This document shows, one piece after another, positions 51,593 through 62,191 of a stretch of DNA of 64,000 nt. The notes beneath the pieces are model-generated. The model was not told where the DNA came from, made no database searches, and saw nothing but the letters and a program-made list of their open reading frames with translations. The first letter of the stretch is position 1. The number at the start of each line of letters is the position of its first letter. The position numbers and the translations under genes were made by a program. Origin of the DNA: Diplonema japonicum (Eukaryota; Protista; Euglenozoa: Diplonemea); assembly GCA_964019335.1 (NCBI GenBank), contig OZ025688.1, forward strand, positions 62,001 to 126,000, written 5' to 3'.

Positions 51593-52482
51593 AGCTAGCT
51601 ACGTCAGTTGGATGTGAAAGTGTGGGGGTATTACAGGTTACAAGTTACAAATTTTACTGTGCGGGTGCTTATGGTTCACATTGGGTGCTGACAGGCGTAA
51701 AAAAGTGAGATTCCCAGATTCGAACTGGGTTTTTTTTTTTTTTTTTTTTTTTTCCCCCCCGGTTTGCGTGTTTTTGCGCCCCCAAACCCTTAAAGTACTT
51801 TTTCTCCTAAACAAGCCTGAAATATAGCGTGGAAATAAAGTGGAATATAATATCCGCTCCCACAGTTGGAAATCCGACTGGAGTTATATAAAATTATTAA
51901 TTTAAGATACGGAGAGTCACTATCAATATCTATTTTATTTGCATTGTTTTCTTCTTCTTTTTTTTTTTTTTTTTTTGAGATAGTTGTTTAAAGGTCGCCT
52001 CTACACCCCTGTAACTGCCACCGCTATCTGAGCGGTAGGAAAAAAAAAAAAAAAAGTAAAATGGGGGAGAGAAGGAGCCTAGTGAATAAGCGAACCGAAA
52101 AAGAAGGGAAAAAAAAATTGAAAAAGAGAAAAAAAGGGGGGGGAAGGGGGGGGGGGGGGGGGGGGCAATACCGGTCAATTCAAAATCTAATAGCTTTTGT
52201 GCTTATCCCCCCCCCACCCCAGTAGATTTTATAATCTTCCTTATTTCCCACAGTTTTTTTTTGTCTTCCCGAAATTTATCAATTTTTTTTGATTTCCAGG
52301 GGAAATAAGCGACAGCGCAATGAGGGGGGGGGGGTCCCTTTCTCTTTTTCTTTTGTCTCAAAACGAAATAAAAAAAAAGAAAAGAAAAGAAAAGGAGGGA
52401 AGAAGAGGAAAACAGAAGCAATGCATGAGAACAGGTCTCGTGTCTGAAAAAAATAAAAAATAAAATAAAATACATCCATTTC

Positions 52483-53400
52483 TTTCGTCATTTGGGTCAC
52501 TCACTGCTACTTCCATTACACGGGTGAGCCTTTATCGAGAGGGGATTACGAAGGAACGTTGACCCCTCAACCACACGCACGCACCCCTCAACAAACAGCA
52601 ACAACAACAGTGTACACAACGAGCTCCCCTGTGGGTGAAGTAAGTGACAAAAAGGATGGATAAAAACCTCTTCTCCGTGCTTCTTTGACTGCCAAAGGAG
52701 GACCTGAACGTCTTTGGCTGGTAGTTTTTTTTTTTTTTTTTTTTTTTTTAGGTGGTGGGGATAACATGGAAATATAAGAAGTACATCAGATGTGTTGTTC
52801 GCTGTTGACCTCCTCGTCGGTCATCACCGGTAGCGCCCGAGTGGAAGAACGTAACGCAGATGCTCAGGGTGACGAACAGGCAGCAAACGCACGAGCGCAG
52901 AATCTTGGTTACCCGGGACGCCCCGGCTAGGGTTGAGCACACCGCACGCATTAAGGACACGACGCGGAACGCAAAAGAAGCTACAACTCGGCCGGGGAGC
53001 GCCCCCTGTAATCAAGTAGGTAGTTCGTGCTTCATTGCACGCTTAACGCCACCTAGTGCTGCATCAAAGCCCCATTTTTTTTTTTTTTTTTTTTTTTGGT
53101 AGTTTTTTCTCTCCTTCAAATGCAACTGTAAATGTTTTTTGACCCCCCCTTTCTGTTTCACATTGTGTTTTTTTTTTTTTTTTTTTTTTTCCCCTGTTAA
53201 ATGTCTTTTTTCCTATTTATTTTAAAGGGTGTGTGCCCTTTGAAATGCACAATCATACGGAAATGAGAATTGATGCCTAACTTTTTTTTAAAATATAGGA
53301 CGGCCCTCTAGCAGGGCTTGTCCTACCACCACTTCGTTCCAGGCCTTCTTCGAGTGCGTGAAGTAATTCAACTGGGGTGCATTTTTTTTTTTCCCACTCA
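52483..53400 (-). mobile_element. Element D: longer, decayed relative of element B enclosing a recombinase-like relic
   Basis: 52483-52505 is 22/23 identical to the reverse complement of 58584-58606, with patchy similarity continuing ~50 nt. 53353-53368 is an exact 16-nt reverse complement of 41875-41890. 53375-53398 resembles the reverse complement of B near 58366-58385. Confidence 0.55.
52610..53070 (+). pseudogene. Decayed Xer/integrase-like tyrosine recombinase fragment
   Basis: In order on + strand, across frameshifts and stops: TAKGGPERLWL (K at 52694), GT-polyT-AG 52721-52751, KKYIR, KNVTQML, STPHALR (H 52945), then HCTLNAT*CC (H 53033; TAG and TGC are one substitution from CAG/Gln and TAC/Tyr). 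Confidence 0.5.
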
Positions 53401-53439
53401 AAAAAAAGGGCAAATTAAAAGAAGAACAGAGGGAAGAAG

Positions 53440-53484
<45 letters not shown>

Positions 53485-53908
53485 AAGAACAGAAAAGGTT
53501 CTCCCTCCCCCCATTGCCCCTCACTAATCGCTAAAAAAAAAATCTTTTTTTTTTGGTCCAATATATCCCTCGGCCGTTTTTTTTTTTTTTTTTGCTGTTT
53601 TCTTGATCATCAGGTTATTTTTGTTGTTCCCCACTCCCGCCTTCTTTCTCTACCACAGTCTGTTGCCCTGTAACTCGTTGTGAATCACCTCGAAGGAGGA
53701 ATGTGGGTGAGGGAACTTGGGGAAGGAGAGACAGAGAAAGGGCAAAAGAACGAAGAAACAAAAAGGTGCCCTCACAGATGTACTTCTCTGCCTCTTCTCC
53801 TACTTCTACCTACTACTATTGGATATGAAACAATTCACTTTTTTTTTTTTTTTTTTTTTTGTATCTGAAAGTGTTCTTTTTTTCCCTCCTTTAAAATTAC
53901 CGTATTTC

Positions 53909-53942
<34 letters not shown>

Positions 53943-54433
53943 TTACAGGTCAGGAGGAGGTAAAAATCACAATGTTTTTTTCTTCTTTTTTCTTTTGTAG
54001 TAATTTTTCTTTTAAAAAAAAACCCCCTCCTCCCCCAACCAGAAAAAGGGATTTTAATCGGTTTTTTTTGTTGTTATTTTATGCCAAATATCTGAGAGCT
54101 TGTTTAAAAAAAAAAAAAAAAAGAAAAGGGGTATTCTAACTATTTCTTTTTTCACAAGAAGCGAGTCTTTTACCTGTCTAAACAAAAAAAAAGGGGGGAA
54201 CATTTGCTATGTGATCACGGGTTATAAACTTTTTTTACAGGTTTCCAACCCAAACGGCGAGTCGCTCTTTTTTTTGTTGTTGTTTTATTGGTTAAAAGAT
54301 TTTTTTTTCTTGCACAATTTAAACGACATCCATCTAGTTGCAAAGAATGCAAAGAGAAATAACAGAAAAGAATAGAAAATATGGGCAGAAGATCCCCCCC
54401 CCCCCCAGGCACCAGCTGTAGTTGTTGCCAGTC

Positions 54434-54712
54434 TTATTTCACGACGCTCTGAAATTGCTTCACTCCACAAGATTACACAAAAAAAAATAATAAAGGGCAC
54501 AGGCACACTAGGACATCAAAGATTTTAAAGAGACCAATCGAACAATGGCACCAATCAATATAAATTTGTTGATATTTTATGTTTCTTTTTTTTTTTTTCT
54601 TTTTCTTTTTTTTTTTTTTTTGCTTCGTGAGTTTCACATTCTCTTTCGTCCGTGAAGTAGAGTGAGCCCCCCGTCCCGTGTGTGTGAAGGAATTTCAGAA
54701 AAAAATGAGAAA
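54434..54712 (-). mobile_element. Element E: short A-type copy lacking the hairpin
   Basis: 54434-54463 is 27/30 identical to the reverse complement of A's inner IR; 54651-54712 resembles the reverse complement of A's left end (CGTGAAGTA..GCCCCCC..GTGAAG.AATTTC.GAA). Confidence 0.6.
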
Positions 54713-55669
54713 AAAATTAAAAATACTGTAAGAAAAGAAAACCCCCGGGAAGAAATTAGTTTTTTTTTTTTTTTTTTTATAGTAAAAAAGAACTCATTGT
54801 TAGGTTTCCCCTACTAAAAAAAAAAACCTTTTTTTTTTTTTTTTCATTCACAAAAAAGGGGGAACCAAAGAGAGAGATTTATTTTATTACCTTACGCAAT
54901 TTTTTTTGTACCGAGCAGAAAAAAAAAAAAAGAAAAAGAAAAAAGATTTCTCGTGCGAAGAAACAATCGACATAAGTCATGCAGATTCCCATCAACTACT
55001 ATTCTAAGGGTTATTCGTGTTTAATTTTTTTAAAGGGGATCCCACAGGGAGGGAGAGAAAGAAAGCAAAGACAAGAAGAAAGAAAAAAAAAGAATGAAAG
55101 AAAAAAAAAACAAAGACGTCACCCTGATCTCTTTAACATCACCTGCAGAAAGCCCTGGGAGTTCACAGTTATCTGTTTTATCCATTCCTACCCCCCCACC
55201 CCCCCAGTTTTTCTCCAAGTAGTCACCCATTACCCCCGTTCCCTTAGTTTCCTTTTTTTAAGGGGACCGGGGGAAAAAAAAAAAGAAAAATGGTGCACGG
55301 GATTAAAAGAGGGAGAACGAAAGGGCGTGTTTGCTATTCATTATCTCTTCTCCCATTTTCATTTTTCGTTCCCCCCCCCCCTGCTTCACAACACACAACC
55401 TTTCCCACTCCCATATTTCTTCCCTTCATTTTACCCCCACTCCCCTCAAAATGAGGGTAATCAAAACCCTCCAGCAAAAAAAAAAAAATCTATTTTTTTT
55501 TATACGGTTTTATTTATTTATTTATTTTATTTTTTTTTTAAAAAAAATCTTTTGCCATTTTTTTTTCTTTTTTTATAAACAACAAAAAGAAACAAAAAAA
55601 GGGGGGGGTAGACAGAAGAGAGAAACAAAGAAAAGAGAAAAAAAAAACCCCCCCCTCTCCCCCCACAAC

Positions 55670-58156
55670 ATGGAAGACATAGGCATGGAACCGCCGAGGG
55701 CGAGGGTGGAGGAAGTGGTGGGGCACGTTCAGGATATGGTTTATGAGTTTTTGAGTAATTTTGCAACAGCGGTGACCGAGGAGGACTCGGAAGACCTCGC
55801 AGAGAAGAAGACAGAGTACCAGCGCCAGCTGGGAAGGATAAAAGACGGTGCGGGCGCCACCCTCATGGTAAAATGGGGCGACCTCGACAGCTACAACACC
55901 GACCTGGCCCGCATCGTATCTGTCGAGTACCCACGCTTCGAACCCGCCTTTAAACGCGCACTCTCACGCTTAATGAGGGATCTCGGCGGCGACGAACGGG
56001 AGTACATGATCGCCTTCACTGGTATCAAGGCATCCTACACCATTAGAAACATGAAATGCAATCTTATAGGTAACCTTGTGTCGCTTAAGGGCACCGTTAC
56101 CCGAACATCGCAGGTCCGGCCTGAATTATTATCAGGTGTGTTTACATGTTTGGACTGCGGGCAGGACACTGAACCCGTTGAACAGAATTTCAAGTACACC
56201 GAGCCCAAGGAGTGCGCGAACACAGCGTGCACGAACGCCACCAATTGGGAGCTTCGTGTGGACCCTGGTTTTGCAAAATTCGTCGATTGGCAAAAAATCA
56301 AAATTCAAGAAAATTCTGACGAGATCCCGTCAGGGTCCATGCCCAGAACCATGGACGTTGTGCTCCGTGGAGACGCTGTTGAATCTGTAAAACCCGGTGA
56401 TAGATACAATTTTGTGGGGTACATGATCGTCCTTCCGGAGGTGGGTGCTATGATGAACATGGAAAATCGGAAAGAAGTCAGCCGTCAGCTTCAACGTGGG
56501 GAAGGCGACCGGCAGCGTGATGATGTGGCGCCCTCCGTTGGGATGAAAAGTCTTGGAACCCGCGAGATGATTTACAAGCTTGCTTTTCTCGTATCGACTG
56601 TTCTTGACGGGAAGCACTCACCGTCGCCGATGACGAAGCAGTTTATAACTGAAGAGGAAGATGAGTTCACCCCCGCCGAGCTGCAAAGAATCGAGCTTCT
56701 ACGAGAATCGTCCCCCTTCGTGAAGCTCCCGCAATGTATCGCTCCAAACGTGTTCGGGCATGATGCTATTAAACTGGGTATACTTTTACAGCTTCTTTCC
56801 GGGGTTCGGAAGGAAACCTCCGACGGTATTGTCCTCAGAGGCGACATCAACGTTTGCATAGTTGGCGATCCGAGTACCGCAAAATCGCAGTTTTTAAAAT
56901 TCGTCGGTCGGAACATCCCGCGTGCGATATACACGTCAGGAAAATCCTCGTCTGCATCGGGGCTAACGGCAACCGTGGTAAAAGACAGCGAAACAAAAGA
57001 GTTCACAATTGAAGCGGGAGCGCTGATGCTTGCGGATGAGGGGGTGTGCTGTATTGATGAGTTCGACAAGATGGATGTCCACGATCAGGTAGCGATCCAC
57101 GAAGCGATGGAACAGCAAACCATCTCGTTGGCGAAGGCTGGGCTTAAAGCCACGCTCAATGCAAGAGCGTCGATTCTTTCAGCGGCGAACCCTATCGACG
57201 GCCGGTATGACAAAGCAAAACCGCTTCGTGCAAATGTCGCAATGACATCTCCTATCATGTCACGATTCGACTTGTTCTTCATCGTTACTGATGATCTAGA
57301 CGATGACAAGGACCTCAAGCTAGCCGAGAGAATCGTTGAACTCCACCGTAAGGGCGAAGACGGCGTCGAAACCCCTTTCGATTTCAGCGATTTCCTTCTG
57401 TACATAAGATACGCTCGTCGCATTAAACCAAAGCTCACAAAGGAAGCTGCTGTTATTCTCGTCGAGCAGTACCGTATTCTACGTGAAAATTCGTATCTTA
57501 ACGGAAAAACATCTGTCAGAGTGACAACTAGACAGCTTGAATCAATGGTGAGGCTGTCAGAAGCTACAGCGAGGCTTTATTGCGACGGGCGAGTTGATCC
57601 AAAACACGTTCGGCAAACTATTACTTTAATGAACGCTTCGTTGAGCCAGTTGCAAATCGACCCTGGTAAAATGGTACTTGACGAGCCTCAGCAGGAAGAA
57701 GAAGAGGATGTTGATGAAGATGCGCTGCAGCAACAGCAGACCGACACGCAAGGCGACGAAACATTGCAGCCCTTAGCCAGTCTCGTTCGGGAAAACACCG
57801 CCAGGCGGAAGAAGAAGAAACGAGTTCCGTTGTCGCACAATGCCTTCGAGCGGATTAAAAATTGCATTCTTGGTGTCCTCTCTTCCAGACAGTCGAACGG
57901 GACCCTGCAGTCAGAGCTTATATCATTTGTCGCCGATGAGTTCCCCACAGGGATCCCCAACCAAACAACTCCCGAGGACATGCCAAAGGTTATTCGTGCT
58001 GTCGTTAACCACCTTGTCAACAGCAACACCGGCCAGAAGTACGAGCTTGTCGATGTCACGGAAATAGAAACATCAAAAGACCCGACCTTGGAGGTCCCGT
58101 CTGGCGACCGGTTGCTGCAACTTTACGGGTTCGATGTCGACGCCAATGAACGGTAG
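55670..58156 (+). CDS. MCM6: DNA replication licensing factor MCM6
   Basis: GTVTRTSQVRPEL, CLDC..CANTAC zinc finger, FVDWQKIKIQE, IPSGSMPRTMDV, GDPSTAKSQFLK, IDEFDKM, SRFDLFF, TTRQLESMVRLSEA. Confidence 0.95.
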   Translation: MEDIGMEPPRARVEEVVGHVQDMVYEFLSNFATAVTEEDSEDLAEKKTEYQRQLGRIKDGAGATLMVKWGDLDSYNTDLARIVSVEYPRFEPAFKRALSRLMRDLGGDEREYMIAFTGIKASYTIRNMKCNLIGNLVSLKGTVTRTSQVRPELLSGVFTCLDCGQDTEPVEQNFKYTEPKECANTACTNATNWELRVDPGFAKFVDWQKIKIQENSDEIPSGSMPRTMDVVLRGDAVESVKPGDRYNFVGYMIVLPEVGAMMNMENRKEVSRQLQRGEGDRQRDDVAPSVGMKSLGTREMIYKLAFLVSTVLDGKHSPSPMTKQFITEEEDEFTPAELQRIELLRESSPFVKLPQCIAPNVFGHDAIKLGILLQLLSGVRKETSDGIVLRGDINVCIVGDPSTAKSQFLKFVGRNIPRAIYTSGKSSSASGLTATVVKDSETKEFTIEAGALMLADEGVCCIDEFDKMDVHDQVAIHEAMEQQTISLAKAGLKATLNARASILSAANPIDGRYDKAKPLRANVAMTSPIMSRFDLFFIVTDDLDDDKDLKLAERIVELHRKGEDGVETPFDFSDFLLYIRYARRIKPKLTKEAAVILVEQYRILRENSYLNGKTSVRVTTRQLESMVRLSEATARLYCDGRVDPKHVRQTITLMNASLSQLQIDPGKMVLDEPQQEEEEDVDEDALQQQQTDTQGDETLQPLASLVRENTARRKKKKRVPLSHNAFERIKNCILGVLSSRQSNGTLQSELISFVADEFPTGIPNQTTPEDMPKVIRAVVNHLVNSNTGQKYELVDVTEIETSKDPTLEVPSGDRLLQLYGFDVDANER

Positions 58157-58166
58157 ATTTTTTTTT

Positions 58167-58761
58167 TTATTTCACTCTTCGTCATTTTCTTCACTCACTA
58201 GGGGCCTCATTATTTAACGCGAAATGGCCATTATTTAACGCGAAACGGCCATTATTTAACGCGAAATCGCCATTATTTAACTAGTTAAATAATGAGATTT
58301 TGCAGTTAAATAATGGCCCTTCAGAGTGAAATAATGGCCCTTCAGAGTGAAAAAATGGGTCTTGTCGTGGAAAAAAATGCACCCAACCCCTTGAAAAATA
58401 TTTTTGGGGTGGGGGTATTTTGACTATTTTTGGCCATCTGAGGCCATTCCAGCCCTTAAAAGTGGGAATAAGTGCTTTACTTCCCCTTTAAATACCACGG
58501 CGAAATAGCTACCCTGTATTACCTTAGGAAAATCCCCAAAAAGCTGACCTGCGTGAAAAAAAACAGCAGTGAAAGCAGTGAAGAGTGAGTGACTCAAATG
58601 ACGAAAAGTGAAATAAAACGACTTACTTGCCGCCAAATGAGCCATTATTTAACACTCGTTACCGTTTTTTTGCACTCGGGCCCTGCGGGCCCTCGTGCAA
58701 AAAATTCGGGAACTCGAGTTAAATAATGACTCATTATTTGTTGGCAATAAATAGCTATTAT
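58167..58761 (+). mobile_element. Hairpin-ended non-autonomous element B
   Basis: Starts TTATTTCACTCTTC like A; inner IR 58584-58617; 21-bp CATTATTTAAC repeats; hairpin 58621-58757 with the identical apex (58675-58695); ends TTGGCAATAAATAGCTATTAT like A. Confidence 0.78.
58208..58358. repeat. Head-to-head iteron array (four direct + four inverted CATTATTTAAC-like sites, ~21-bp period)
   Basis: CATTATTTAACGCGAAATGGC-type units x3, central perfect palindrome CATTATTTAACTAGTTAAATAATG, then GT(T/G)AAA(T/A)AATG units. Confidence 0.9.
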
Positions 58762-58919
58762 CTTTTTATTTTTTTTTCGCCACCCCCCCCCCCCCCCTCA
58801 TTATCCTATTTTAAAATCACCCCTCTTTTTTTTTTTTTTTTTAGAGTATTGTATTTTTTACAATTTTGAACAACAAAAAAAAAAAAAAAAAAAACGATGA
58901 AGGAGGGAGGGGGAAAAAA

Positions 58920-60696
58920 ATGAAGTCCCGCGGGGGGAGGCAGCTCCCTTCCGGGTCAAGTTCGGGGTCTCTCATCCAGCAAAAGGTTCCCAGTTGCTTG
59001 GGAAAGATGCGAGGCGGGACGATATCAAACGGGATGAAAGGGAGAATGGCAGTGACACCGGTGCAACCAAAAGGCGCCAAAAGACCACAGAGACCAACCG
59101 GAGTGCTGAAATCAACCCCAGCCGCCGACGAGAAAACAGAACCAGAAACCGAGAGTGAAAACTGCAATAAAGAAGGCAGCGCTTCAATGGTGACAGCACC
59201 GTCAGGGTTTATACGAATCCGGAGGTCCGCAGAAGTGCGGTCACAGCATCAAGACAGGTTCAACTTGGACCGCAGACAGCTAACATCGTTCCCGTTGCTC
59301 GAAGGCGAGGAACGGTTGAAGCTATTGAACGTACAGTCTAATTACATAACGCAGATTCAGAACTTACACCTTCCAAGCCTTGTCTTTTTGGATTTGTACA
59401 ATAACAGCATCAAAAGAATATCGGGCTTGGAAGGGGTACCGTCGTTAAGAGTGCTTATGCTAGGGAAGAATGCATTGTTGAAACTCGAAGGTTTGGCACC
59501 TCTACCGCAGCTGGACGTGCTCGACCTGCACAACAACTCGATCGAGACCATTGAAGGGCTGTCGCATCTTGCTGAACTCCGTGTTTTAAACCTCGCAGGT
59601 AATAAGTTAGCCAAAGCCGATGGTTTGAACGGCCTTCGTTCGCTCACAGAACTCAATTTACGAAGGAACCAAATCACGGAAGTTGACATAGGGGGTTTGT
59701 ACTGTTTACAGCGAATATTTCTGTCAAACAACATGGTGTCGGATCTGCAGAATATTCAGTCAGTGTTCAAGCTAAAAGCATTGACGGAGTTAACCTTGGA
59801 CGGGAACCCGTTAGGAAGCTACAGGCAGACGGTGATTGAAAAAGTGAAGACAATAAAGCACATCGATTTGAAACGCGTCACCGAGGAGGAGAAGCGGGTC
59901 GCGCTGCTCCACGCAAAACGAGAAGAAGAAAAAGCCATCGAAAAAAACAAAAAAGAAGCTGCCGCCACGGAACGAAACGAAACATTGCAAAACATCAAAC
60001 AATCATGGGATGGCGACCGGCATTCTACAGAATGCCTAAAATGCATTGTAGACCTCAACCAGGAAACCGGTTTACTATCTGTAAAAGGAAGCGGCGCTGA
60101 TCTCTCTTCACTTCCATCTGATCAAACTGGTGTTTCAACAGCCGCATTTCAATACATCCCGATTTCTAAGGTGTGTGAAGTGTTTGTTCCGCATCTTGCA
60201 ACGCTGCCGGGGGTGAAGGGGATTACGCTTTCGCACAATTATTTGTTTAATTTCAACCAGCTTGCCGCACTAGCGTTGCTTCCATCCTTGGAACAGCTGA
60301 CTATTGTGGAAAATAAATTATCGTCAACACCCCGTATGGCAAGAGAGCTGTCCGGAGTGCTGTTGCCTCACCTTACCTACCTTAATGGTGTCGCAATAAC
60401 AGAGGATGATAAGAATTCGGGTTTTTCTCGGTTTGGGAGTTATTTCCGTTTGCTTTCGGTGTCGGTGTCCCATTTGTCTCGCGCGCGGCATCTTAACGGA
60501 AAGTCGCCTCCTGTGTCGCCCCCCAAGCAGGATGCGCACCCTGCTCACCCTTCTCGTCGTGTTGCCTCTCATTACGTGAACACCGTGCTCGCGCACGCTT
60601 CGGCCATCGATGCTAAAATCCAACTCCTGAATCAGCAATGGGATCTTGTATTGGGGCACCTTGCTATGGCCGCCGTTTCATCCGGTCCTGTGACAT

Positions 60697-60698
<2 letters not shown>
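58920..60698 (+). CDS. Leucine-rich repeat protein, LRRC49-like
   Basis: LEGEERLKLLNVQSNYITQIQNL, LVFLDLYNN, SLRVLMLGKN, LDVLDLHNN, LRVLNLAGN, LTELNLRRNQI, LQRIFLSNN, LDGNP, RVTEEEKR match the LRRC49 pattern as recalled. Confidence 0.85.
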
Positions 60699-60741
<43 letters not shown>

Positions 60742-61144
60742 AAAATTTCTTTTTTGAATAGTTCATTTCCATGAATTTTTTTTTTTTTTTTATCTGTTGG
60801 AAAAAAAAAAAAAGAAAAAAGAAAAAAAGTCTCATTCGTGTTTTTTGTCAGAAAACGGAGGGCAAAAAAAAAAGAGAAAAAAAATTCCGAGGAAAAAAAA
60901 AAAAAAAAAAAAAAAAAAAACACTCTTTTATGTTTATCTTTTTACGAAGTAAAAAAAAAAAGGGAGGGTGAGAGGGGTATAATTTTTTTCGTTTCTTGCT
61001 CCCCCCCTTTTTTTTTAAAACATTTTTTACCCTTATAACGGCATCTTTTTTTTTTTTCTTCTCCCCTCCTTTCTCTTCTTTCCTGTCCAACTTCCAATCA
61101 CACAAAAAAAAAAAGGACACCCAAAACACAAAAAAAAAAAAAAA

Positions 61145-62123
61145 ATGCAAAGCGGCGGAAACAGCAGCAGCAATGTAGAGTCAGGGTACGGATCGTCGAT
61201 GTGGTCAAGCGGGAGCGAGACAGAGCACAACAGAAGCCAATTCCACAAGAGGAAAGGGAGAAGAGCACCAGAACTAACGGTGGTCACGACTCCTTGGTAC
61301 CCTGACGGTGTTTTGAAAGAAGGCATCACCTTGGGCGGCGAAGTTATGGCTCTAAACAAACTGATGTCGCTCACCGCAAAGGAAAGAACACTGAGAGCCA
61401 ACATGCGATCAGCTCTTCAAGAAGGCGGGTCAAAAATATGGCCCAACGCTACCGTAAAGGTATACGGCAGCTTTGCGTACGACTGTGCACTACCAGAATC
61501 AACTCTAGATTTCGTTTGTGAAGATTGCGGTGATCTGACTTCCTTTGAAGACATGGTGGGTGAACTAGGTGCCGCATTGTCATTTAGAGTCGAACATGTC
61601 TTCCAATGTGCTGTAGACGGCCAGCACCAAGCCTTTGCTAAGTTCAAGGAACCTTCAGGGATCACTGCAAACGTAACATTTTTTGAAAGCAAGTCCCCCG
61701 CCCGCCAGGCGGTGTTGCAAGCTCGTAAGAAATTCGATGAATATCCAGCAGCGCGTGCTGTTTACGATGTCGTGCGAATGATCTTAAAACAGTCAGGATG
61801 CAGCGACCCCGCCACAGGCGGGCTGTCCAGCTATGCCATGCTCCTTATGATTTTTTATGTTTGTACGCAGTCGAAGAACGTGCACGATCCGGGGCAGCTT
61901 TTGGTTGATTTTTTCACGTTGTACTCGCACCCCTTCACATACAAGATCAACCCGAAATCTGGGAAGCCGCAGAGAGCGGACGCGGGCGTCGCAATCTTTG
62001 TGCAGGACATCGTCACAGATGTCAACGTGGCGTCGGAGTGCACCAAGGCACCGCAGGTCAATTCGCTTTGCAAGGCGTGTGCTGCTACGCTTGCAAAGTG
62101 GACCTCTGGGAAATGGTATGAGA

Positions 62124-62191
<68 letters not shown>

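Noticed and set aside
51713-51729. Complete tRNA gene
   Set aside because: Only a T-arm is present; no acceptor 5' half, D-arm or anticodon arm.
49100-55600. Many poly-Phe/poly-Lys ORFs in spacers, and the N-terminal extensions of the TatD, MCM6, ADA2 and kinesin ORFs
   Set aside because: Translations of homopolymer tracts; the real starts are the downstream ATGs where family homology begins.
58208-58358. CRISPR-like array
   Set aside because: Units are contiguous 21-mers without unique spacers, half are inverted, there are no cas genes, and the context is eukaryotic.
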